Positions 52,863-64,000 of a stretch of 64,000 nt of DNA are shown piece by piece. Origin of the DNA: Octopus vulgaris. Taxonomy: Eukaryota. The notes under the pieces are model-generated. The model had not been told where the DNA came from and did no database searches. It was given only the letters and a program-made list of their open reading frames with translations. The DNA lies in the NCBI GenBank assembly GCA_951406725.2, contig OX597819.1, positions 11,160,001 to 11,224,000 on the forward strand, read 5' to 3'. The stretch's first letter is position 1, and each line of letters opens with the position of its first letter. Position numbers and translations under genes: made by a program.

Positions 52863-52924
52863 TCCCCTTCATCAGCTGTCCCTAGTTCAACTCCAGCGTG
52901 TTTCGAAGGGGAGGACAGTACACG
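52863..52924 (-). ncRNA. Hammerhead ribozyme core with rearranged (non-circularly permuted) strand order
   Basis: Minus strand reads CGTGT-A-CTGTCC-TCCCCT-TC-GAAA-CACG-(15 nt)-GGACAG-CTGATGA-AGGGGA. CUGAUGA, GAAA and the GUA cleavage triplet are present. Stem III ACACG/CGTGT and stem I CTGTCC/GGACAG are in exact register. Stem II AGGGGA/TCCCCT has a 2-nt insert. Confidence 0.7.
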
Positions 52925-53198
52925 ACTCGTGGAACTACTCCTTCCTGCGAAGGAATTAAATAAAATTACTTTGCAGAGGGGTAAAAACAAGGAAAGTTAA
53001 ACATGTGACAAAACCAGGACGTAAAAACGATACAAGTAAAATTACAAAATAAAAATACAAAAAATAAAAATACAGAATAAAATTACAAGTACGAAAAATA
53101 CAGTACAAGAAATAAAACAAACAAAAAACAGACAATGAGGGCCTTAATGCTGGCCTACACGAGGAAAAATTCTAAGAGCGCTAGAAGAACAGTATATA

Positions 53199-56100
53199 TC
53201 TTTACCACCATCCTCTCACATATTCGCCTCTATACTTTTACCTTTCTCCTCCCACATATTCGCCTCTATACCTTTACCTTTCTCCTCCCACATATTCGCC
53301 TCTATACTTTTACCTTTCTCCTCCCACATATTCGCCTCTATACTTTTACCTTTCTCCTCCCACATATTCGCCTCTATGCCTTTACCTTTCTCCTCCCACA
53401 TATTCGCCTCTATACCTTTACCTTTCTCCTCCCACATATTCGCCTCTATACCTTTACCTTTCTCCTCCCACATATTCGCCTCTATACCTTTTACCTTTCT
53501 CCTCCCACATATTCGCCTCTATACTTTACCTTTCTCCTCCCACATATTCGCCTCTATACTTTTACCTTTCTCCTCCCACATATTCGCCTCTATACTTTAC
53601 CTTTCTCCTCCCACATATTCGCCTCTATACCTTTACCTTTCTCCTCCCACATATTCGCCTCTATACCTTTTACCTTTCTCCTCCCACATATTCGCCTCTA
53701 TACTTTTACCTTTCTCCTCCCACATATTCGCCTCTATACCTTTACCTTTCTCCTCCCACATATTCGCCTCTATACTTTTACCTTTCTCCTCCCACATATT
53801 CGCCTCTATACCTTTACCTTTCTCCTCCCACATATTCGCCTCTATACCTTTACCTTTCTCCTCCCACATATTCGCCTCTATACTTTTACCTTTCTCCTCC
53901 CACATATTCGCCTCTATATACCTTTCTTTACCTCATATTCTCCTCCCACATATTCGCCTCTATACCTTTACCTTTCTCCTCCCACATATTCGCCTCTAAA
54001 CTTTTACCTTTCTCCTCCCACATATTCGCCTCTATACTTTTACCTTTCTCCTCCCACATACTTTCTTCGCCTCTATACTTTTACCTTTCTCCTCCACATA
54101 TTCGCCTCTATACCTTTACTTTCTCCTCCCAATATTCGCCTTATACCTTTACCTTTCTCCTCCTCACATATTCGCCTCTATACTTTTACCTTTCTCCTCC
54201 CACATATTCCCTCCTTTACCTTTCTCCTCCCACATATTCGCCTCTCTTATACTCTATACTTTTACCTTTCTCCTCCCACATATTCGCCTCTATACTTTTA
54301 CCTTTCTCCTCCCACATATTCGCCTCTATACCTTTACCTTTCTCCTCCCACATATTCGCCTCTATACTTTTACCTTTCTCCTCCCACATATTCGCCTCTA
54401 TACCTTTACCTTTCTCCTCCCACATATTCGCCTCTATACCTTTACCTTTCTCCTCCCACATATTCGCCTCTATACCTTTGCCTTTCTCCTCCCACATATT
54501 CGCCTCTATACTTTTACCTTTCTCCTCCCACATATTCCCCTCTATACCTTTACCTTTCTCCTCCCACATATTCCCCTCTATACCTTTACCTTTCTCCTCC
54601 CACATATTCGCCTCTAAACTTTTACCTTTCTCCTCCCACATATTCGCCTCTATACTTTTACCTTTCTCCTCCCACATATTCGCCTCTATACTTTTACATT
54701 TCTCCTCCCACATATTCGCCTCTATACTTTTACCTTTCTCCTCCCACATATTTGCCTCTATAACTTTACATTTCTCCTCCCATATATTCGCCTCTATACC
54801 TTTACCTTTCTCCTCCCACATATTCGCCTCTATACTTTTACCTTTCTCCTCCCACATATTCGCCTCTATACCTTTACCTTTCTCCTCCCACATTTTCGCC
54901 TCTATACTTTTACCTTTCTCCTCCCACATATTCGCCTCTATACCTTTACCTTTCTCCTCCCACATATTCGCCTCTATACCTTTACCTTTCTCCTCCCACA
55001 TATTCGCCTCTATACCTTTACCTTTCTCCTCCAACTTATTCGCCTCTATACTTTTACCTTTCTCCTCCCACATATTCCCCTCTATACCTTTACCTTTCTC
55101 CTCCCACATATTCGCCTCTATACTTTTACCTTTCTCCCTCCCACATATTCGCCTCTATACCTTTACCTTTCTCCTCCCACATATTCGCCTCTATACTTTT
55201 ACCTTTCTCCTCCCACATATTCCCCTCTATACCTTTACCTTTCTCCTCCCACATATTCGCCTCTATACCTTTACATTTCTCCTCCCACATATTCGCCTCT
55301 ATACTTTTACCTTTCTCCTCCCACATATTCGCCTCTATACCTTTACCTTTCTCCTCCCACATATTCGCCTCTATACTTTTACCTTTCTCCTCCCACATAT
55401 TCGCCTCTATACCTTTACTTTCTCCTCCCACATATTCGCCTCTATACTTTTACCTTTCTCCTCCCACATATTCGCCTCTATACCTTTACATTTCTCCTCC
55501 CACATATTCGCCTCTATACTTTTACCTTTCTCCTCCCACATATTCGCCTCTATACCTTTATCTTTCTCCTCCCACATATTCGCCTCTATACCTTTACCTT
55601 TCTCCTCCCACATATTCGCCTCTATACTTTTACCTTTCTCCTCCCACATATTCGCCTCTATACTTTTACCTTTCTCCTCCCACATATTCGCCTCTATACT
55701 TTTACCTTTCTCCTCCCACATATTCGCCTCTATACTTTTACCTTTCTCCTCCCACATATTCGCCTCTATACCTTTACCTTTCTCCTCCCACATATTCGCC
55801 TCTATACTTTTACCTTTCTCCTCCCACATATTCCCCTCTATACCTTTACATTTCTCCTCCCACATATTCGCCTCTATACTTTACCTTTCTCCTCCCACAT
55901 ATTCGCCTCTATACCTTTACCTTTCTCCTCCCACATATTCGCCTCTATACTTTTACCTTTCTCCTCCCACATATTCGCCTCTATACCTTTACCTTTCTCC
56001 TCCCACATATTCGCCTCTATACTTTTACCTTTCTCCTCCCACATATTCGCCTCTATACCTTTACCTTTCTCCTCCCACATATTCGCCTCTATACCTTTAC

Positions 56101-59100
56101 CTTTCTCCTCCCACATATTCGCCTCTATACCTTTACCTTTCTCCTCCCACATATTCGCCTCTATACTTTTACCTTTCTCCTCCCACATATTCCCCTCTAT
56201 ACCGTTACCTTTCTCATCCCACATATTCGCCTCTATACTTTTACCTTTCTCTCCTCCCACATATTCGCCTCTATACCTTTACCTTTCTCCTCCCACATAT
56301 TCGCCTCTATACTTTTACCTTTCTCCTCCCACATATTCCCCTCTATACCTTTACATTTCTCCTCCCACATATTCGCCTCTATACCTTTACATTTCTCCTC
56401 CCACATATTCGCCTCTATACTTTTACCTTTCTCCTCCCACATATTCGCCTCTATACCTTTACCTTTCTCCTCCCACATATTCGCCTCTATACTTTTACCT
56501 TTCTCCTCCCACATATTCGCCTCTATACCTTTACATTTCTCCTCCCACATATTCGCCTCTATACTTTTACCTTTCTCCTCCCACATATTCGCCTCTATAC
56601 CTTTACATTTCTCCTCCCACATATTCGCCTCTATACTTTTACCTTTCTCCTCCCACATATTCGCCTCTATACCTTTATCTTTCTCCTCCCACATATTCGC
56701 CTCTATACCTTTACATTTCTCCTCCCACATATTCGCCTCTATACCTTTATCTTTCTCCTCCCACATATTCGCCTCTATATCTTTACATTTCTCCTCCCAC
56801 ATATTCGTCTCTATACCTTTACCTTTCTCCTCCCACATATTCGCCTCTATACCTTTACCTTTCTCCTCCCACATATTCGCCTCTATACTTTTACCTTTCT
56901 CCTCCCACATATTCGCCTCTATACCTTTACCTTTCTCCTCCCACATATTCGCCTCTATACTTTTACCTTTCTCCTCCAACATATTCCCCTCTATACCTTT
57001 ACATTTCTCCTCCCACATATTCGCCTCTATACTTTTACCTTTCTCCTCCCACATATTCGCCTCTATACCTTTACCTTTCTCCTCCCACATATTCCCCTCT
57101 ATACCTTTACCTTTCTCCTCCCACATATTCGCCTCTATACTTTTACCTTTCTCCTCCCACATATTCGCCTCTATACCTTTACCTTTCTCCTCCCACATAT
57201 TCGCCTCTATACTTTTACCTTTCTCCTCCCACATATTCGCCTCTATACCTTTACCTTTCTCCTCCCACATATTCGCCTCTATACTTTTACCTTTCTCCTC
57301 CCACATATTCGCCTCTATACCTTTACCTTTCTCCTCCCACATATTCGCCTCTATACCTTTACCTTTCTCCTCCCACATATTCGCCTCTATACTTTTACCT
57401 TTCTCCTCCCACATATTCCCCTCTATACCGTTACCTTTCTCATCCCACATATTCGCCTCTATACTTTTACCTTTCTCCTCCCACATATTCGCCTCTATAC
57501 CTTTACCTTTCTCCTCCCACATATTCGCCTCTATACTTTTACCTTTCTCCTCCCACATATTCCCCTCTATACCTTTACATTTCTCCTCCCACATATTCGC
57601 CTCTATACCTTTACATTTCTCCTCCCACATATTCGCCTCTATACTTTTACCTTTCTCCTCCCACATATTCGCCTCTATACCTTTACCTTTCTCCTCCCAC
57701 ATATTCGCCTCTATACTTTTACCTTTCTCCTCCCACATATTCGCCTCTATACCTTTACATTTCTCCTCCCACATATTCGCCTCTATACTTTTACCTTTCT
57801 CCTCCCACATATTCGCCTCTATACCTTTACATTTCTCCTCCCACATATTCGCCTCTATACTTTTACCTTTCTCCTCCCACATATTCGCCTCTATACCTTT
57901 ATCTTTCTCCTCCCACATATTCGCCTCTATACCTTTACATTTCTCCTCCCACATATTCGCCTCTATACCTTTATCTTTCTCCTCCCACATATTCGCCTCT
58001 ATATCTTTACATTTCTCCTCCCACATATTCGTCTCTATACCTTTACCTTTCTCCTCCCACATATTCGCCTCTATACCTTTACCTTTCTCCTCCCACATAT
58101 TCGCCTCTATACTTTTACCTTTCTCCTCCCACATATTCGCCTCTATACCTTTACCTTTCTCCTCCCACATATTCGCCTCTATACTTTTACCATTCTCCTC
58201 CCACATATTCCCCTCTTTACTTTTACCTTTCTCCTCCCACATATTCGCCTCTATTCTTTTACCTTTCTCCTCCCACATATTCGCCTCTATACCTTTACCT
58301 TTCTCCTCCCACATATTCGCCTCTATACCTTTACCTTTCTCCTCCCACATATTCGCCTCTATACTTTTACCTTTCTCCTCCCACATATTCGCCTCTATAC
58401 CTTTACCTTTCTCCTCCCACATATTCGCCTCTTATACTTTTACCTTTCTCCTCCCACATATTCCCCTCTATACCTTTACCTTTCTCCTCCCACATATTCG
58501 CCTCTATACTTTTACCTTTCTCCTCCCACATATTCGCCTCTATACCTTTACCTTTCTCCTCCCACATATTCGCCTCTATACTTTTACCTTTCTCCTCCCA
58601 CATATTCCCCTCTATACCTTTACCTTTCTCCTCCCACATATTCGCCTCTATACCTTTACCTTTCTCCTCCCACATATTCGCCTCTATACTTTTACCTTTC
58701 TCCTCCCCACATATTCGCCTCTATGTCTTTACCTTTCTCCTCCCACATATTCGCCTCTATACCTTTACCTTTCTCCTCCCACATATTCGCCTCTATACTT
58801 TTACCTTTCTCCTCCCACATATTCGCCTCTATACCTTTACCTTTCTCCTCCCACATATTCGCCTCTATACCTTTTACCTTTCTCCTCCCACATATTCGCC
58901 TCTATACTTTTACCTTTCTCCTCCCACATATTCGCCTCTATACCTTTACCTTTCTCCTCCCACATATTCGCCTCTATACCTTTTACCTTTCTCCTCCCAC
59001 ATATTCGCCTCTATACCTTTACCTTTCTCCTCCCACATATTCGCCTCTATACTTTACCTTTCTCCTCCCACATATTCGCCTCTATACCTTTACCTTTCTC

Positions 59101-60530
59101 CTCCCACATATTCGCCTCTATACCTTTACCTTTCTCCTCCCACATATTCGCCTCTATACCTTTACCTTTCTCCTCCCACATATTCGCCTCTATACTTTTA
59201 CCTTTCTCCTCCCACATATTCGCCTCTATACCTTTACCTTTCTCCTCCCACATATTCGCCTCTATATCTTTACCACCCCCCCTCCCACATATTCGCCTCT
59301 ATACTTTTACCTTTCTCCTCCCACAAATTCGCCTCTATACATTTACCTTTCTCCTCCCACATATTCGCCTCTATACTTTTACCTTTCTCCTCCCACATAT
59401 TCGCCTCTATACCTTTACATTTCTCCTCCCACATATTCGCCTCTATACTTTTACCTTTCTCCTCCCACATATTCGCCTCTATACTTTACATTTCTCCTCC
59501 CACATATTCGCCTCTATACTTTTACCTTTCTCCTCCCACATATTCGCCTCTATACCTTTACCTTTCTCCTCCCACATATTCGCCTCTATACCTTTACATT
59601 TCTCCTCCCACATATCGCCTCTATACTTTTACCTTTCTCCTCCCACATATTCGCCTCTATACCTTTTACCTTTCTCCTCCCACATATTCGCCTCTATACT
59701 TTTACCTTTCTCCTCCCACATATTCGCCTCTATACCTTTACCTTTCTCCTCCCACATATTCGCCTCTATACCTTTACCTTTCTCCTCCCACATATTCGCC
59801 TCTATACTTTTACCTTTCTCCTCCCACATATTCGCCTCTATACTTTTACCTTTCTCCTCCCACATATTCGCCTCTATACCTTTACATTTCTCCTCCCACA
59901 TATTCGCCTCTATACTTTTACCTTTCTCCTCCCACATATTCGCCTCTATACCTTTACCTTTCTCCTCCCACATATTCGCCTCTATACTTTACCTTTCTCC
60001 TCCCACATATTCGCCTCTATACCTTTACATTTCTCCTCCCACATATTCGCCTCTATACTTTTACCTTTCTCCTCCCACATATTCGCCTCTATACCTTTAC
60101 ATTTCTCCTCCCACATATTCGCCTCTATACTTTTACCTTTCTCCTCCCACATATTCGCCTCTATACCTTTACATTTCTCCTCCCACATATTCGCCTCTAT
60201 ACTTTTACCTTTCTCCTCCCACATATTCGCCTCTATACTTTTACCTTTCTCCTCCCACATATTCGCCTCTATACTTTTACCTTTCTCCTCCCACATATTC
60301 GTCTCTATACCTTTACCTTTCTCCTCCCACATATTCGCCTCTTATACCTCTACCTTTCTCCTCCCACATTTTCGCCTCTATACTTTTACCTTTCTCCTCC
60401 CACATATTCGCCTCTATACTTTTACCTTTCTCCTCCCACATATTCGCCTCTATACCTTTACCTTTCTCCTCCCACATATTCGCCTCTATACTTTTACCTT
60501 TCTCCTCCCACATATTCGCCTTTATGCCTT
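53199..60530. repeat. 36-bp tandem repeat array (~200 copies, ~7.3 kb)
   Basis: Unit ctcccacatattcgcctctatacYtttacctttctc. The 12-aa periodicity appears in all ORF-track translations. Units are highly homogeneous with no spacers. Confidence 0.98.
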
Positions 60531-60585
60531 CAAACAAAATTTCAAAGTTTTCGTCGGACTCGGAAGAAATTGGTGGCAAATTCAT
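53216..60585 (-). other. Candidate frameshifted repeat-protein ORF: MNLPPISSESDENFEILFEGIKAN-(MWEEKGK[G/S]IEAN)n
   Basis: The ATG at 60585 in unique sequence is in frame with the only stop-free minus-strand frame of the repeat. The longest intact piece is 729 aa (56233-58422). Most breaks are 1-2 nt indels in homopolymer/dinucleotide runs. It ends at TGA 53216. Confidence 0.3.
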
Positions 60586-60813
60586 GTTTTTCGCCGCTTC
60601 CCCTTGAAACAAGGGGGAAAGAACAGCAAAACTTTACTGCAACGGCAGAAAAGAAGTGGGCACGACGAACAAAACAGCAAATTTTCACAATTTCAGCACA
60701 AAAACAATCACTGCGGAGCAAAGAATAACACGACCGATAAGAGAGAGATATAGATCTCCCATTTTGTGTTTGTTTACATTCTGCGCAAGACAGTGAGAGA
60801 GAGAGGGAGAGAG

Positions 60814-60852
<39 letters not shown>

Positions 60853-60932
60853 GCAAGATATAGCGAGTGAAAGAAATAGATAGACGTGGGAGGGACTGTG
60901 TGATAAGTAATTTGCTTACGAACCGCAGTCTT

Positions 60933-60968
<36 letters not shown>

Positions 60969-62412
60969 TCACAGACTGACACACGCATTCTGTCTTTCTC
61001 CCTCTCACTCTCATTCAATCTCTGCTACCTCATACATTAATATATCCCACCCCTTCCCAAGGCTTTCTCTCTCTCTCACTCTTTCTTTCTTTCTCTCTCT
61101 ATCTCCTCCCCACCTTCGTATATCTTACCCTTTCCCTTTTCCTCTCTTTTTATTTCTAAGAAACGTTACTTACAAATAAATTATATTTTCAGATTTACCT
61201 TAAAATTTCTCTCTCGCTAATTATTTAACTACTGGTTAATTATATAATTACTGTGTAGATCATAATTGAGGAAATTAAATAGCCGAGACATTGAAAGACA
61301 ATTTAAGAAGCATTTATTCAAAGAATCGTCCTATACGTGGTTTCACACCATGCTAGAAATAACCGCACAGTACACTCAAAGTTGCTTTGTTTTTTATACG
61401 AAATTGAAAGACAGTTTAAGCTTTTATAAAACTTTTCCCGGATCTGGTCAGACTTCTTCCTCGAATGAGAAACCAAGTGAAGAATTGTCTATAAAACTTA
61501 TTGGTGGTCTGTTATCTTGCTAGAAATAACAGCCCATCACACTATACTTTACATTGTTTTCCCGAAAGACACTTTAAGAAGCTTCTGGAGAAATATAGTC
61601 CAATTGGGGATCAAATGTGATGCTAGAAATAACAGCCAAATATGTTAAAGTTTGGTTTTGTGTTTCATATGAAAATGAAGGACACTTAGAAACTCTTCTC
61701 TCTCCTTCCTTATTCTGTATTAATACATCATCCTTCCCCTCTTCCTTTCTCTAATACATGATAGACTCCCTCTCCTTCTCTCTCTCTCCCTCCCTCACAA
61801 AGCATATATCTCATACATCATCTCTGTTTCCTTCCCCCTTTCTTCTCTCTCCCTCCCTCTTTACCACCTCAAATCTCATACTCTCCCTCTACCTCTTTTG
61901 CGCTCCGCCCCACGTCACACTCTCCCTCTCTTTCTAAACCTATGTATCATTCTCTCTCCCTCCACCTCCTTATATAATATTCTCTCATTCTCTTACTTCA
62001 TTCTTTCCCTCTCTTTCTCCTTCCTTTCCATCTCCCTCTGCTTCTCTATGTCTGACTTTCTCTCTCTTTGCTCTCTTGATTTCTCTATTTCAGTCTCTCT
62101 CGCTTCTTATGTCTCTCTCTGTCTCCGTGTCTCTGTTTGCCTGTCTCTCTCTATTACCTTATTATATATATTAATGCTCCGCCTTTTTACTCTTTGTTTC
62201 TCATCTCATACTCATCCTCTCTTCTTAACATTTATTTCTCTAATCTCTCCTCCATCCTCCCCTCTCCCTCTTTCATCTCATAATTTTTACAAAATTACAT
62301 CGCCTTCTTCTCTATCTCTCTCTCATTCTTTCTTTCTTTTTGTTTCCCTTTACTTTCTTTCTTGTTTTCTTTATTTATTTATTTCCTTTTCCTTTCTTTC
62401 TTTCCTCTTATG

Positions 62413-63040
62413 TTGTACCCGACCTTGGGATGGTGTGTGATATCTTGAATTGAGCGTGACATGGATTATACTGAGGGATGGTTGCACAAAACCATCTGGT
62501 TCACTCTCTCGTCCTTTCCTATGTGATTCCAGTGGAAAGATGAAGTCAAAAAAACTACAGACAGGTTGCAGTTCACCCCCCACAAAGCTTGCTGGTCCGT
62601 TGAGCCTGTCTAGTGGTTTCCTCAGCACACTCCAACGGTTCACATCTTTACATAGTCAAGCCCTAGCTCACCAACGCTTCACAGCTGTTTGCTGCCCTTC
62701 CCATGGTTTAGCCAGTCTGTGGAAGCCGTGGATACTATTGCATTGATGAGTCACGGGAGGACCAAAGCGGACGGCCTACTCCAAGGAGTACTACATATTT
62801 CCCCTGACAGAGGTACTACTTGACCCAGATACACCTTGCACCCTAGAACAGAATTTACAAGGGCAAAGAAAGCTTGAAAGATGCGGGTCCAGATCCGACT
62901 CTTTGCTTTCAGACCCAGCAGACAACCATTGCCCGACCTGTGGCCGAGACTTCCGAGAATGCATCGGACTGGACAGCAACAGCCGGACACACCTTTACCC
63001 ATCTTATGTATTTGGTCATCGTTGACAACGACGGAAGAAC
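62413..63040 (+). mobile_element. RTE-like LINE 3' fragment with C-terminal C2H2-like finger
   Basis: Encodes CPTCGRDFRECIGLDSNSRTH near 62929-62991, resembling the RTE C-terminal CxxC..F...GL.SH.R.H motif. Confidence 0.65.
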
Positions 63041-63740
63041 TAAAATCTGCCGCTGACTCGCTATTGTCATAAAATGAAATTTCAAACATGCTAATCTCTC
63101 TCTTTTCTACCTGTCTGTCTTTCTCACTATATCTGTCTGTCTCTCCTCCTCTCACTCTCCCTGACTGTCTGTCTGTCTAGCATTTTCTCTCTTTCAGTCT
63201 CAACGAAGGAATTTAATTAACAACGGAAAGGGAAGTAATACTTCTTACTCTACAAGAGTTATTGCCCTTCTTCTAGTAGATATATATATATATATTGGCA
63301 TTAGAATTTTTCTTCTGCCCTTATCTTGTAAAATCTAAAATGAATTCCTCGCTTTTTCAAGAACATGAATTTTTTATATTGAATGCATATCACCACTATG
63401 AACTACTACATCATACTCTTTAAACATATAGCATGGACTCGCTTCACTATATATGAATTTTTTATATTTGATAGCATGAACTATCTTTTTTATATATAAT
63501 TTTTTTTGATAAGGTTCGTCATTTCAAGAACCGAAACATGTTAAATAAATAATGTATATATAAAATTTAAAAATTTGTCTAATATAGCAGCATTTTCAAA
63601 CTTCATTTTTTACAAATATATATATTTATATATAAGAGCAAATAATAGCTTTAATGGTTTTTAAAAAACCAACAATTATTTACTGGTAGGAACTTCTATA
63701 AAAGTTCAATATATATTTTGTATATAAATAAAAAAAAAAT

Positions 63741-63977
63741 GGCAGGCAACAGGTTGCTTAGCCACATACCGAAAAAATTAGAAATAGCAGTCAGAGACTG
63801 TTTATTTCTATTTTCTACAAATAAGACTCCACATACAACATATCTTCTTTCTGTGTTGCATATGTGAATTACAGGGATATGTCGTATGTGGAGTCTTATT
63901 TGTAAAAATAGAAATAAAGTCTTTGACTGCTATTTCTAATTTTTTTCGATATGTGGCTAAGCAACCTGTTGCCTGCC
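63741..63977. mobile_element. Foldback/MITE-like inverted repeat, ~104-bp arms with a ~31-nt spacer
   Basis: ggcaggcaacaggttgcttagccacata...catacaacatatc versus gatatgtcgtatg...tatgtggctaagcaacctgttgcctgcc. It extends imperfectly to the window end. Confidence 0.88.
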
Positions 63978-64000
63978 TCTTCTATTTATATACAATATGT

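Noticed and set aside
53199-60530. CRISPR array (36-bp repeats)
   Set aside because: The units are directly adjacent with no unique spacers, there are no cas genes, and the context is eukaryotic.
54478-60753. 2091-aa plus-strand ORF (and the 542-aa ORF at 53135)
   Set aside because: The pyrimidine-rich strand of the repeat has no stop in any frame, so the ORF drifts through three different repeat peptides across indels. This is a composition artefact.

Overview
This is AT-rich, repeat-dense eukaryotic DNA. It is very probably Octopus (a coleoid cephalopod), judged from its tRNA-derived SINE families, RTE/R4/Penelope remnants and microsatellite load. The only host-gene sequence I can support is four 120-nt, phase 1-1 exons on the + strand (14421-14540, 36072-36191, 43591-43710, 45050-45169). 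Each encodes one calcium-binding-type EGF module of a large multi-EGF protein, whose start and end are not seen. All four missing cysteines in these exons are TAT/TAC (Tyr) codons, which A-to-I editing could turn back into Cys. The most unusual object is an ~8-kb minus-strand unit (52740-60750). It has a unique leader, an ATG that runs into ~200 copies of a 36-bp repeat read as (MWEEKGKGIEAN)n, and an AT-rich trailer. The trailer holds a complete hammerhead-ribozyme core whose strands are in a non-circularly permuted order (52863-52924). A second, minimal type I hammerhead-like motif lies at 51740-51799. The rest is SINEs (several with clear TSDs), non-autonomous Helitrons (one head-to-tail trimer), LINE/PLE fragments, MITEs/foldbacks and a locally templated duplication mosaic at 45.5-46.6 kb. 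All calls were made by eye; no database searches or folding were run.
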